This document shows, in pieces, positions 17,861 to 26,596 of a DNA stretch of 64,000 bases. The translations under genes and the position numbers were made by a program. Numbering within the stretch: the first letter of the stretch is position 1; the number at the start of each line of letters is the position of its first letter. The notes beneath the pieces are model-generated. The model ran no database searches, was not told where the DNA came from, and saw nothing but the letters and a program-made list of their open reading frames with translations. The stretch is from Minisyncoccota bacterium (GTDB lineage: Bacteria; Patescibacteriota; Minisyncoccia; Minisyncoccales; JAQTPW01): positions 2,653 to 66,652 of the forward strand of contig JAQTPW010000001.1 in NCBI GenBank assembly GCA_028712565.1, read 5' to 3'.

Positions 17861-18784
17861 ATGGAAGACCTATATGATTTAATTATAATTGGCGGGGGGC
17901 CTGCTGGAATTTCAGCAGGCATTTATGCGTCGCGGCAAAATTTGAAAACCTTGCTTCTGTCTAAAAGTTTTGGCGGGCAAATGACAAGAAAAGCCGTGAA
18001 TATTGAAAATTATCCGGGCTTTGAGGAGATTTCGGGCTTTGACCTAATCCAAAAGTTTGAGAGGCAGTTGAGGCGTCAGAAAATTGACATTCGGTTAGAA
18101 GAAGTTACAAAATTAAAAAAAAGCGGAAATAAGTTTTTAGTTTTTGTAAAAAATAAGCAAGAATTTTCCGCAAAAACCGTGATTGTTGCCACGGGCGCAG
18201 ATCCAAGGCCGCTGGAGGCGCCGGGAGAAAAAAAATTTATTGGCCGGGGAGTAAGCTATTGCACGGCCTGCGATGGCCCAATCTTCAAGGATAAAAGCGT
18301 TTCAGTAATCGGCGGCGGAAATTCAGGGTTTGAGGCGGCGATATTTTTGAGCGAATATGCAAAAAAAGTTTATATTTTAGAATGCGGAAAAACGGCCTGC
18401 GCCGATGAAACTATTCAAAAGCAGGCAAAGGCGACGAAAAAAATCGAAGTAATAACCGGTGCGGTTCTAAAAAGAATCCAAGGCCAAGATTTTGTTGATT
18501 CCATCATTTATGAAAATTTAAAAACCAAAGAGCTGGAAAAACTTGATGTCCAAGGGGTTTTTATTGAAATCGGCTCACAGCCGGCAACTTCTTTTTTGGA
18601 GGATTTGGTTGATTTTAACAAAAGGGATGAAATCATAGTTGACCCGAAATCAGGGCAGACAAAAACTCCCGGGCTTTTTTCGGCCGGCGATGTTGACGAT
18701 GTTCCTTACAAGCAAATTGTAATTGCCGCCGGGGAAGGGGCAAAAGCCGCCCTTTCTGCGTATAACTATATCAAAAAATTTTAA
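17861..18784 (+). CDS. trxB: Thioredoxin-disulfide reductase
   Basis: 307 aa. GGGPAG FAD motif, redox CTACDG, GGGNSG NADPH motif. Confidence 0.92.
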   Translation: MEDLYDLIIIGGGPAGISAGIYASRQNLKTLLLSKSFGGQMTRKAVNIENYPGFEEISGFDLIQKFERQLRRQKIDIRLEEVTKLKKSGNKFLVFVKNKQEFSAKTVIVATGADPRPLEAPGEKKFIGRGVSYCTACDGPIFKDKSVSVIGGGNSGFEAAIFLSEYAKKVYILECGKTACADETIQKQAKATKKIEVITGAVLKRIQGQDFVDSIIYENLKTKELEKLDVQGVFIEIGSQPATSFLEDLVDFNKRDEIIVDPKSGQTKTPGLFSAGDVDDVPYKQIVIAAGEGAKAALSAYNYIKKF

Positions 18785-18785
18785 T

Positions 18786-19514
18786 ATGTTTGTATTCAGC
18801 ATTACCGGAGCTTCTTATTTATTTTTGTCTTTAGTATCGCTTCTTTGGATTTTTCGCATTTTCCAATTTTGGAGAAAAGAAAACACAATTGTTTCCCGCC
18901 TTCTTTTGCTGTATCTGATTTTTTTCCAGATTTTTTGCCTTATTACAACTTTAGGAGTGTTTTTTTTCGCAAAAAACAGCGGAGTTTTAAAATTAATAGT
19001 CGTTAACGCCAGTTTCGCCCAAGGATTAATGTCTGCCGTTCTCGGATATTTGATATTCCATTTGAAATTTCCAAAAATTTCTCCTTGGCTCGGATTTTTT
19101 ATTGTCTTTAGCATTGGTTTTGCCGGGGCTGTTTTGAGCTTTTTAAAAATCTCAAATCCTCAGCTTGAAGGCATTTCCGTAAACTGGGACATAGTTCCTA
19201 TTGCTGATATTTTAAGATTTTTGACCATAATGATAAGCATACTTCCGATGGGAATTATTTTAATTCAAGAAGGAAAAGGGGCAAAGGATCCAAAAATAAA
19301 AAACAGGTCTTATGGTTTGGCATTTCTGTTTTTTGCGGGATTGGTTGCAGCCGCAACCGGATTTTTCCTTGAGAAGTATTTGCGGTTTGGGGCAATAAGC
19401 TCTGACATTTCCATTTTCTTTTTAGGCCTTTCCTTATTAATAATATTTTTAATTACCCAAAAAAGGCAGTCCGATATTTATTTAAAGGAAATAAATGGCG
19501 AATTCAAATATTAA
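18786..19514 (+). CDS. Polytopic membrane protein, unknown function
   Basis: About 7 hydrophobic segments. ATG 18786 chosen (track start 18723 overlaps trxB). The 3' end overlaps eno by 20 nt. Confidence 0.6.
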   Translation: MFVFSITGASYLFLSLVSLLWIFRIFQFWRKENTIVSRLLLLYLIFFQIFCLITTLGVFFFAKNSGVLKLIVVNASFAQGLMSAVLGYLIFHLKFPKISPWLGFFIVFSIGFAGAVLSFLKISNPQLEGISVNWDIVPIADILRFLTIMISILPMGIILIQEGKGAKDPKIKNRSYGLAFLFFAGLVAAATGFFLEKYLRFGAISSDISIFFLGLSLLIIFLITQKRQSDIYLKEINGEFKY

Positions 19515-20736
19515 AGTCAAATTTATTTGTGCCCGGGAAATTTTGGATTCAAAAGGCATGCCGACAGTGGAAGCCGAGTTAAAAACAAATTCCGGCAATT
19601 TTTTGGCGTCCGTTCCTTCGGGAATTTCAACTGGAAAATATGAAGCCGCAGAACTAAGGGATTCAGATGGCAAAGGAGTAAAGAAAGCGATTGAAAACAT
19701 AGAAAAAATCATATCTCCTGCGCTGGAAAATGAGGATTTAAACGATCAAAAAAGAATTGATGAAATTTTAATTACTTTGGATGGGACTAAAAATAAATCT
19801 CGTTTGGGAGCCAATGCAATTTTGCCGGTTTCTATTGCAGTTTGCCGCGCGATTGCCTCTTCAAAAGCTATATCGCTTTATCAATATATTTCTGAAATTT
19901 CGGCAGATCCAATTATAAAACTTCCCAAGCCTTCTTTTAATATGATAGAAGGCGGAAAACATGCAAAATCGGGTTTGGCTTTCCAAGAGTTTATGGCAGT
20001 TCCGCAAAGCGAAAGTTTCAAAGAAAATTTGGAGGGAGGGAAAAAAGTATATAAAAAACTTGGAGAGATTTTAAATAATAAATTTCCTAAAGTAGAATTA
20101 AGCGCAGAAGGCGCATTTGCTTCACCAGAAAAGGAAATTTCGAAAGTTTTGGATTTGCTTTCAGAGGCCATAGAAGACGTTGGGAAAAAAGATATGGTAA
20201 AAATTGCAATTGATGCGGCCGCTTCAGAATTCTGCGAGAATGGAAATTATAAAATAGGGGATGAAATTATTTCTGGAAAAGAATTAGTCGAACTCTATAA
20301 GGGTTTGGCAAAAATTTATCCGATTATTTCAGTTGAGGATCCTTTTTTTGAAGAAGATTTTGATAATTTTTCGCAATTAAAAAAAGAAACTAATGATAAG
20401 TTTATAATTTTAGGCGACGATTTAACGGCGACAAATATTGAGAGAATAAAATTGGCAAAAGAAAAAGATGCGTGCTCGGGCTTGATTTTAAAGCCGAATC
20501 AGATTGGTTCAGTTACGGAAGCAATAGACGCGGCAAAACTGGCAAAATCCTTTGGCTGGAAAATTATGGTGGCAAATAGGGCAGGAGAAACAGAAGACAG
20601 TTTTATTGCTGACTTGGCAGTAGGAATTTCTGCAGATTTTATTAAGTCCGGCGCCCCTTTTCCAAAAGAACGAATGGCAAAATATGAAAGATTGGCGGAG
20701 ATAGAGAAAGAGGTAGTGGGCGCTTCGGGAATGTGA
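19495..20736 (+). CDS. eno: Enolase
   Basis: 413 aa. ..REILDSKGMPTVEAEL.., ..SVPSGISTGKYEA.., ..LILKPNQIGSVTE... The last codons (..ASGM*) lie inside the repeat arm 20727-20744. Confidence 0.93.
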   Translation: MANSNIKVKFICAREILDSKGMPTVEAELKTNSGNFLASVPSGISTGKYEAAELRDSDGKGVKKAIENIEKIISPALENEDLNDQKRIDEILITLDGTKNKSRLGANAILPVSIAVCRAIASSKAISLYQYISEISADPIIKLPKPSFNMIEGGKHAKSGLAFQEFMAVPQSESFKENLEGGKKVYKKLGEILNNKFPKVELSAEGAFASPEKEISKVLDLLSEAIEDVGKKDMVKIAIDAAASEFCENGNYKIGDEIISGKELVELYKGLAKIYPIISVEDPFFEEDFDNFSQLKKETNDKFIILGDDLTATNIERIKLAKEKDACSGLILKPNQIGSVTEAIDAAKLAKSFGWKIMVANRAGETEDSFIADLAVGISADFIKSGAPFPKERMAKYERLAEIEKEVVGASGM

Positions 20737-20858
20737 ATTTTGTCACACATTCGCTCGCCCAGCGCGCTCGCTCATTCATGTTCTCGCCTCGCTCTTCCCT
20801 TCGGGAAACCATGCCCGCTCGGCTCCGGATGGAGACAAAATTCACATTCCCTCGCTTA
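20721..20858. repeat. GC-rich structured repeat, copy 2 (family 'R-eno/ftsZ')
   Basis: Perfect 18-bp arms GGGAATGTGAATTTTGTC (20727-20744) / GACAAAATTCACATTCCC (20834-20851) around a core homologous to 15721-15811. Confidence 0.9.
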
Positions 20859-20986
20859 AAAAATATATTTTAAAACCTTATTGCTTCGCTTTTCAAATGT
20901 GACAATTCGCCGGCGAGGTGCTCCATTGAAAAGCTTCACCCTCGCTTGAGTAACGAAAAATTTATTGACTCGCTTTTTAAATTAAT

Positions 20987-21023
20987 CCGTTCCGGATGGA
21001 GACAAAATTCACATTCCCTCGCG
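20987..21023. repeat. Partial third copy (3' arm) of the same repeat
   Basis: TCCGGATGGAGACAAAATTCACATTCCCTCGC (20991-21022) duplicates 20824-20855 exactly. Degenerate CCTCGCT-containing fragments lie between the two. Confidence 0.85.
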
Positions 21024-21063
21024 CTAAACGAAAAATATTTGATATTTAATATTTGATATTAAT

Positions 21064-21663
21064 ATGAAACTAATTTTACTTCGTCATTTTAAATCGCAGT
21101 GGAATTTGGAAAACCGCTTTACCGGCTGGACTGATGTGCCTTTGTGCAAAGAGGGAGTAGAGAGCGCTCCAGACATTTCAAAAAAATTAGCTAATGAAAA
21201 AATTGATGTTGTTTACACCTCTCCTTTAATAAGAAACCGAGAAACTGTTTCTTTGGTATTGGAAAATCTCGGCAAAAAAGATCTGCCGGTCGTAATTGAC
21301 AAAGCCCTAAATGAAAGGAATTACGGAAAGCTTCAGGGATTAAATAAAGACGAAACAAAAAAGAAATTCGGGGAGGAGCAAGTCAGATTGTGGCGAAGAA
21401 GTTGGGACCAGGCGCCGCCAGAGGGGGAGAGCTTAAAAGAGGTGTTTAACCGGGTCGTGCCTTTTTATCGAAAGCATATTGAAAAAGATTTGCGGGCTGG
21501 GAAAAATGTTTTGGTCGTGGCAAGCCATAATTCACTTCGGGCCATAATAAAATATGTTGACAAAATTTCAGATAAGGATATTATTTCTGCGGAGATGGAG
21601 TCAGGCGGAATGATCAAATACGAATTTGATGAAAAGTTGAATTTAAAGGGAAAAACCAATTAA
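21064..21663 (+). CDS. gpmA: 2,3-bisphosphoglycerate-dependent phosphoglycerate mutase (histidine phosphatase family)
   Basis: 199 aa. LILLRHFKSQWNLENRFTGWTDVPL (RH..S.WN motif). Confidence 0.85.
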   Translation: MKLILLRHFKSQWNLENRFTGWTDVPLCKEGVESAPDISKKLANEKIDVVYTSPLIRNRETVSLVLENLGKKDLPVVIDKALNERNYGKLQGLNKDETKKKFGEEQVRLWRRSWDQAPPEGESLKEVFNRVVPFYRKHIEKDLRAGKNVLVVASHNSLRAIIKYVDKISDKDIISAEMESGGMIKYEFDEKLNLKGKTN

Positions 21664-21702
21664 TCATTTGCAAAAAATAACAAATTTAATATACTAAATT
21701 AT

Positions 21703-22713
21703 ATGAATAAAAACTTTTTATTGCCCATTTCTATTGTTGTTGCCGGCTTAATAATTGCCGGAGGAATTTATTATGTAAACCAGGGGAAAGCCGCAAATCA
21801 GAATATGGATCAGGCTGAAACCCAATTTCTATCGCAAAGCGAGGCCGCAGTCCTGGCAATTGATTTTATTAATAAAAGCTTGGCCTCAGAGGGAGTGACA
21901 ACTACCGCCGATTTGCTAGAAGCTACCACTACAGACAGCGTTTACCAGATACGTTTTAAAATTGAAGAAAATGAATATACTGCTTTTGTTTCAAAGGCAG
22001 GAAAGTATCTTTTTCCGACAGCTTACGAATTGGCTAAGAATAACAGCGATACAAATTCTGGCGATTCAAATAATAATCAACAGGGAAATACATGCGAGAC
22101 GCTTTCAAAAGCAGACAGTCCCGTTTTTGACGCTTTTGTTGTAAGCCAGTGCCCTTATGGCCTGCAAATGCAGAGAGTTTTGGCAGAGGTTGTGAAAAAT
22201 ATTCCGTCTTTGGCCCAAAATATAAAAGTAAGATATATCGGCGCTGTCCAAGATAATAAAATAACTTCAATGCACGGCGATGTTGAAGCCCAAGAAAATT
22301 TGCGGCAAATTTGCATCAGGGAAGAGCAGGTAAATAAATACTGGAACTATGTTTCTTGCTATATGCAAGCCGGCAATACCGATGCCTGCCTGACAAGTTC
22401 TGGCGTTGATAAGACAAAGCTTTCTTCTTGCATGACTGATGTTGCAAAGGGATTAAAATATGCCCAGCAAGATTTTAATTTGCAAAATCAGCGGGATGTT
22501 TCCGGTTCCCCGACTTTATTTATAAATGGGAAACAGGTTGCCGAATCCAATTTTGGCGGAAGGACAGCAGATGCTTTGAAAACTATAATTTGCTGCGGAT
22601 TCAACCAAGAACCCAGCTTTTGTTCGCAAACTTTAAATACAAATTCCGCGGGAACAGGATTTTCTAGCACTTATGAAGGTTCTGGCGGTTCTTCCTCCGG
22701 AGGCTGCAATTAA
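21703..22713 (+). CDS. Membrane-anchored thioredoxin-fold (DsbA-like) protein
   Basis: N-terminal TM. ..VVSQCPYGLQ.. where a CxxC is expected, and ..GSPTLFINGKQV.. (cis-Pro loop context). Many extra Cys residues. Confidence 0.5.
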   Translation: MNKNFLLPISIVVAGLIIAGGIYYVNQGKAANQNMDQAETQFLSQSEAAVLAIDFINKSLASEGVTTTADLLEATTTDSVYQIRFKIEENEYTAFVSKAGKYLFPTAYELAKNNSDTNSGDSNNNQQGNTCETLSKADSPVFDAFVVSQCPYGLQMQRVLAEVVKNIPSLAQNIKVRYIGAVQDNKITSMHGDVEAQENLRQICIREEQVNKYWNYVSCYMQAGNTDACLTSSGVDKTKLSSCMTDVAKGLKYAQQDFNLQNQRDVSGSPTLFINGKQVAESNFGGRTADALKTIICCGFNQEPSFCSQTLNTNSAGTGFSSTYEGSGGSSSGGCN

Positions 22714-22716
22714 GAT

Positions 22717-22953
22717 ATGAAGGTAAAAATTTTTGACACTCCAACCTGCCCTTACTGCGAAACTTTAAAAGCATTTCTAAAAGAGAAAGGAGTTGAATTT
22801 GAAGAAGTTAATATTTGCCGAGACGAGAAAACAAAAGATGAATTTATCAAAAAAACCGGGCAAATGACGGTTCCGGTAGTGGAAATAGATGGGAAAATTG
22901 TGGTAGGATTTGATAAAGAGAAAATTTGTAAATTATTGCAAATCAAAGAATAA
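22717..22953 (+). CDS. Glutaredoxin-like protein (NrdH/YruB type)
   Basis: 78 aa. TPTCPYCETLK, ..TVPVVEIDGK... Confidence 0.88.
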   Translation: MKVKIFDTPTCPYCETLKAFLKEKGVEFEEVNICRDEKTKDEFIKKTGQMTVPVVEIDGKIVVGFDKEKICKLLQIKE

Positions 22954-22956
22954 AAT

Positions 22957-23979
22957 ATGACAAAAATTGCAATTTCGGGTTTTGGAAGAATAGGCAGGCC
23001 CGTTTTCAAACAAATTTTGGAAAGCCACAGAGATTTGGACGTGGTTGCAATCAATGATTTAGCTGATGCAAAAACTTTAGCTTATTTATTAAGATACGAT
23101 TCGGTTTACGGGGTTTATGACAAAACTGTAAAATTTGCAAACGATTCTCTTTTGATTGACGGAACTAAGTTTGGAAAACAAGTAAGGACTTTTGCTGAAA
23201 CCCAGCCGGAAAAGTTGCCCTGGAAGGAACTTGGTGTGGATGTTGTTTTGGAATGCACTGGAAACTTTACCGACTATGAAGGAGCTAAAAAACATTTAAC
23301 TGCCGGAGCGAAAGCCGTGATAATTTCCGCTCCCTCAAAGGATCCTGAAAAAATCCCTTCTTTTGTTTTAGGAGTTAACGAAGAAAAATTTGACGCGAAA
23401 AAATATAATATTGTGGATATGGGTTCTTGCACGACAAATTGTTTGGCCCCAGTAGCCAAGGTTTTGAACGATGAATATAAAATCAAAAAAGGATTTATGT
23501 CCACCATTCACAGTTATACAAATGACCAAAGGATTTTGGATCTGCCGCATAAAGACTTAAGAAGGGCAAGGGCCGCGGCTTTAAATATTATTCCAACCAG
23601 TACGGGAGCGGCAAAAGCAATTGGCAAAGTTATTCCGGAATTAAAGGGAAAATTAGATGGTTTGGCTTTTCGCGTTCCAACTCCTTCAGTTTCGGTACTG
23701 GATTTGATTTGCGAAGTGGAAAAGAAAGTTTCTGCAGAAGAGGTAAATTATGAATTTAAAAAAGCATCAATGAAAGAAGGGCTAAAGGGGATTTTAGGAA
23801 TTGAAGACGCGCTTTTGGTCTCTTCAGATTATATTAAAAATTCTTTTTCTGCGGTTGTGGATTCATCTTTGACTATGGCAATAGAAAATTTAGTGAAAGT
23901 TGTCGCTTGGTACGACAATGAATGGGCGTATGCTGCGAGATTAGCTGAATTTGCCGAATATGTTGGCAAAAAAATCTAA
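22957..23979 (+). CDS. gap: Type I glyceraldehyde-3-phosphate dehydrogenase
   Basis: 340 aa. GFGRIGR, active site SCTTNCLAP, ..WYDNEWAY... Confidence 0.95.
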   Translation: MTKIAISGFGRIGRPVFKQILESHRDLDVVAINDLADAKTLAYLLRYDSVYGVYDKTVKFANDSLLIDGTKFGKQVRTFAETQPEKLPWKELGVDVVLECTGNFTDYEGAKKHLTAGAKAVIISAPSKDPEKIPSFVLGVNEEKFDAKKYNIVDMGSCTTNCLAPVAKVLNDEYKIKKGFMSTIHSYTNDQRILDLPHKDLRRARAAALNIIPTSTGAAKAIGKVIPELKGKLDGLAFRVPTPSVSVLDLICEVEKKVSAEEVNYEFKKASMKEGLKGILGIEDALLVSSDYIKNSFSAVVDSSLTMAIENLVKVVAWYDNEWAYAARLAEFAEYVGKKI

Positions 23980-23991
23980 TTAATTTAAAAA

Positions 23992-24026
23992 CCCCGCCCC
24001 TTCGACAAAGCTCAGGGCGGGGTTTT
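23992..24026 (+). terminator. Rho-independent terminator with conserved loop
   Basis: CCCCGCCC / GGGCGGGG stem, loop CTTCGACAAAGCTCA, then T4. Confidence 0.8.
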
Positions 24027-24104
24027 GCTTTCTTTAAATACGATTTTTTGGTAAAATGAGATTAATATAAAACAGATCGTGAATTATAAATTGGTATTAC
24101 CATT

Positions 24105-26042
24105 ATGATCAAAAAAGATAATCTATATTTTCCGCCGGAAAAATTTAAGAAATCTGCCTGGATAAACAAAAAAGGCATTTATCAGGAGGCAGAAAAAGAC
24201 CCAATTAAATTTTGGGAAAAAATTGCAAAAGAGGCTTATTGGAAAAAGCCCTGGAATCTGGCATTTGAGCACAAAGCCCCTTATTTTAAGTGGTTTTTGG
24301 GCGGACAAATTAATCTTGCTGAAAATTGCCTAGATAAAAATCTTGAAAAGAAAAAAGATAAAATTGCCTTAATTTGGGAGCCCGAACCCGTTGAGGAACA
24401 GCCGAGAATTTTTACGTACAAAGAGCTTTTAAAAGAAGTTAATAAGGCCGCCAATGCTTTGAAAAAATTAGGAGTAAAAAAGGGAGATAGGGTGGGAATT
24501 TATTTGCCGATGATTCCGGAAGTAATAATTTCTATGTTGGCTTGCGCAAGAATAGGGGCTGTTCATACTGTTGTGTTTTCTGCTTTTTCTCCCCAAGCCC
24601 TTAAAGTGCGGCTTCAAGATACTGAGGCCAGAATTCTAATTACCGCTGATGGATATTTTAGGCGAGGTCAGATAATTAATCTAAAGTCCAATGCCGACGA
24701 AGCTACAAAAGAAACAAAAGTAGAAAAAGTTGTTGTGGTGAAAAGGACTAAAAACGAAGTTGTTTGGAATCCTGAAATTAATTTTTGGTTTGAGGACTTG
24801 TTAAAGAATGAAAAAGAGGTTTGCGAGCCAGAAGCCATGGATTCGGAAGATCTTTTATTTATACTCTACACTTCAGGTTCTACCGGAAAACCCAAAGGGA
24901 TTCTTCATACCTGCGGCGGATACACAGTCCAGTCAAAATTTACCGGAAAAATAATTTTTGACTTGCACGATAACGATATAATCTGGTGCACGTCCGATGC
25001 TGGCTGGATTACTGGCCACACTTACGCAATTTATTCGCCATTATTAAATGGCGCAACGACTGTTATTTTTGAAGGAGCGCCTGATTGGCCGACTCCTGAA
25101 AGATGGGCGCAGATTATTGAAGAGCACAAAGTCACTATTTTTTATACCGCTCCTACGGCCATTAGAATGTTTGAAAAATATGGGGCTGAAATAATTAAAA
25201 AATATAAATTTTCAACCTTGCGGCTTCTAGGCTCAGTAGGAGAGCCAATTGATGAATCAGCTTGGAATTGGTATTTTGCGGAAGTCGGGAAAGGAAAATG
25301 CCCTTTGGTTGATACTTGGTGGCAAACAGAAACCGGAGGAATATTAATTACTTCTTTGCCGGGAATCGGGCCTTTCAAACCTTCATTTACCGGACTTCCC
25401 TTGCCCGGAGTTAAAATTGATATTCTTGATGATGAAGGGAAATCCTGTCCTGTAAATAAAGAAGGGAATTTAGTTATTCTTCCTCCATTTACTCCCGGAA
25501 TGCTAAGAGGAGTTTACAAAAACCCTGAAAAATATTTAGAGACCTACTGGGCAAAATATGGAACCAATACTTATTTTACCTCTGATGGCGCTTTTCGTGA
25601 TGAAGGCGGTTTGGTCAGAATAGTAGGAAGAGTGGACGATGTATTAAAGGTTGCGGGACACAGAGTTTCTACCGGAGAATTGGAGAACGCGGCGGCTAAG
25701 CATCCTGATATTATTGAAAGCGCGGTAGTCGGGATTCCTGACGAAATAAAAGGAGAAGTTCCTATCATTTTTGCGGTTTCAAGAAAAGAAAAGCCGGAAG
25801 AAGAATTAAAAAAGGGAATAATTGATCAGATCAAAAAAGAAATTGGCCCGATTGCGCTTCCAAAAGAAGTTTATATAGTTGAAGATTTGCCAAAGACTAG
25901 GTCCGGAAAAATAATGAGAAGGATTTTAAAACGGCTTTTCACAGGTGAGGAATTGGGGGATTTGTCTACTTTATCAAATCCGGAAATCGTGGAAAAAATA
26001 AAGGGAAAAATGCAAAACCTTAATGGGAAAAATAAATCTTAA
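24105..26042 (+). CDS. acs: Acetyl-CoA synthetase (AMP-forming)
   Basis: 645 aa. YTSGSTGKPKG, ..WWQTETGG.., C-terminal ..KTRSGKIMRR... Confidence 0.95.
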   Translation: MIKKDNLYFPPEKFKKSAWINKKGIYQEAEKDPIKFWEKIAKEAYWKKPWNLAFEHKAPYFKWFLGGQINLAENCLDKNLEKKKDKIALIWEPEPVEEQPRIFTYKELLKEVNKAANALKKLGVKKGDRVGIYLPMIPEVIISMLACARIGAVHTVVFSAFSPQALKVRLQDTEARILITADGYFRRGQIINLKSNADEATKETKVEKVVVVKRTKNEVVWNPEINFWFEDLLKNEKEVCEPEAMDSEDLLFILYTSGSTGKPKGILHTCGGYTVQSKFTGKIIFDLHDNDIIWCTSDAGWITGHTYAIYSPLLNGATTVIFEGAPDWPTPERWAQIIEEHKVTIFYTAPTAIRMFEKYGAEIIKKYKFSTLRLLGSVGEPIDESAWNWYFAEVGKGKCPLVDTWWQTETGGILITSLPGIGPFKPSFTGLPLPGVKIDILDDEGKSCPVNKEGNLVILPPFTPGMLRGVYKNPEKYLETYWAKYGTNTYFTSDGAFRDEGGLVRIVGRVDDVLKVAGHRVSTGELENAAAKHPDIIESAVVGIPDEIKGEVPIIFAVSRKEKPEEELKKGIIDQIKKEIGPIALPKEVYIVEDLPKTRSGKIMRRILKRLFTGEELGDLSTLSNPEIVEKIKGKMQNLNGKNKS

Positions 26043-26595
26043 AAATTTTATAGAACGGGAAAGAAGGCTGGACCGCATCGTAAGATTTAGCGCCCATAGC
26101 CGGATCCGGGACCAAAGCGTATCCGAGCATTCATTCCATTGCGCAATTTACGCTATGATTTTAGCAGATATGGAAGAAAAAATCTTTGGGAAAAAAGTAG
26201 ATAAAGAAAGAGTCCTAAAATCTGCTCTTTTGCACGACCTGGAGGAATGTTTGACCGGAGACATAATCCACAGTTTCAAATATACTGATAAAAACTTAGC
26301 GGGAGAGATTGAAAAAGTCGGACAAAGATTTCTTCTGGGCTTATTAGATAATTTGCCCCCGAAAATTTCAAAAAATTATTTAGAATTGTGGAAAGATTCG
26401 AGAGATGCAAAAACCATAGAAGGGAAAATCGTTGAAGCTGCGGATAAATTAGAAGGATTGTTTTATACCTTAGATGAATTTTCGATGGGAAATAAAAAAT
26501 TTAAAAATATAATAAAAATATATCTGGAATTATTGGGAAAAATAAATTTAGGGTCGGTAAAATTAATTTTAAAAGAAATTAAAAAAGGCATCTAA
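26023..26595 (+). CDS. HD-domain phosphohydrolase (YfbR-like)
   Basis: 190 aa. ..SVSEHSFH.. and ..LLHDLEECLTGDI... Overlaps acs by 20 nt. Confidence 0.75.
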   Translation: MGKINLKNFIERERRLDRIVRFSAHSRIRDQSVSEHSFHCAIYAMILADMEEKIFGKKVDKERVLKSALLHDLEECLTGDIIHSFKYTDKNLAGEIEKVGQRFLLGLLDNLPPKISKNYLELWKDSRDAKTIEGKIVEAADKLEGLFYTLDEFSMGNKKFKNIIKIYLELLGKINLGSVKLILKEIKKGI

Positions 26596-26596
26596 A

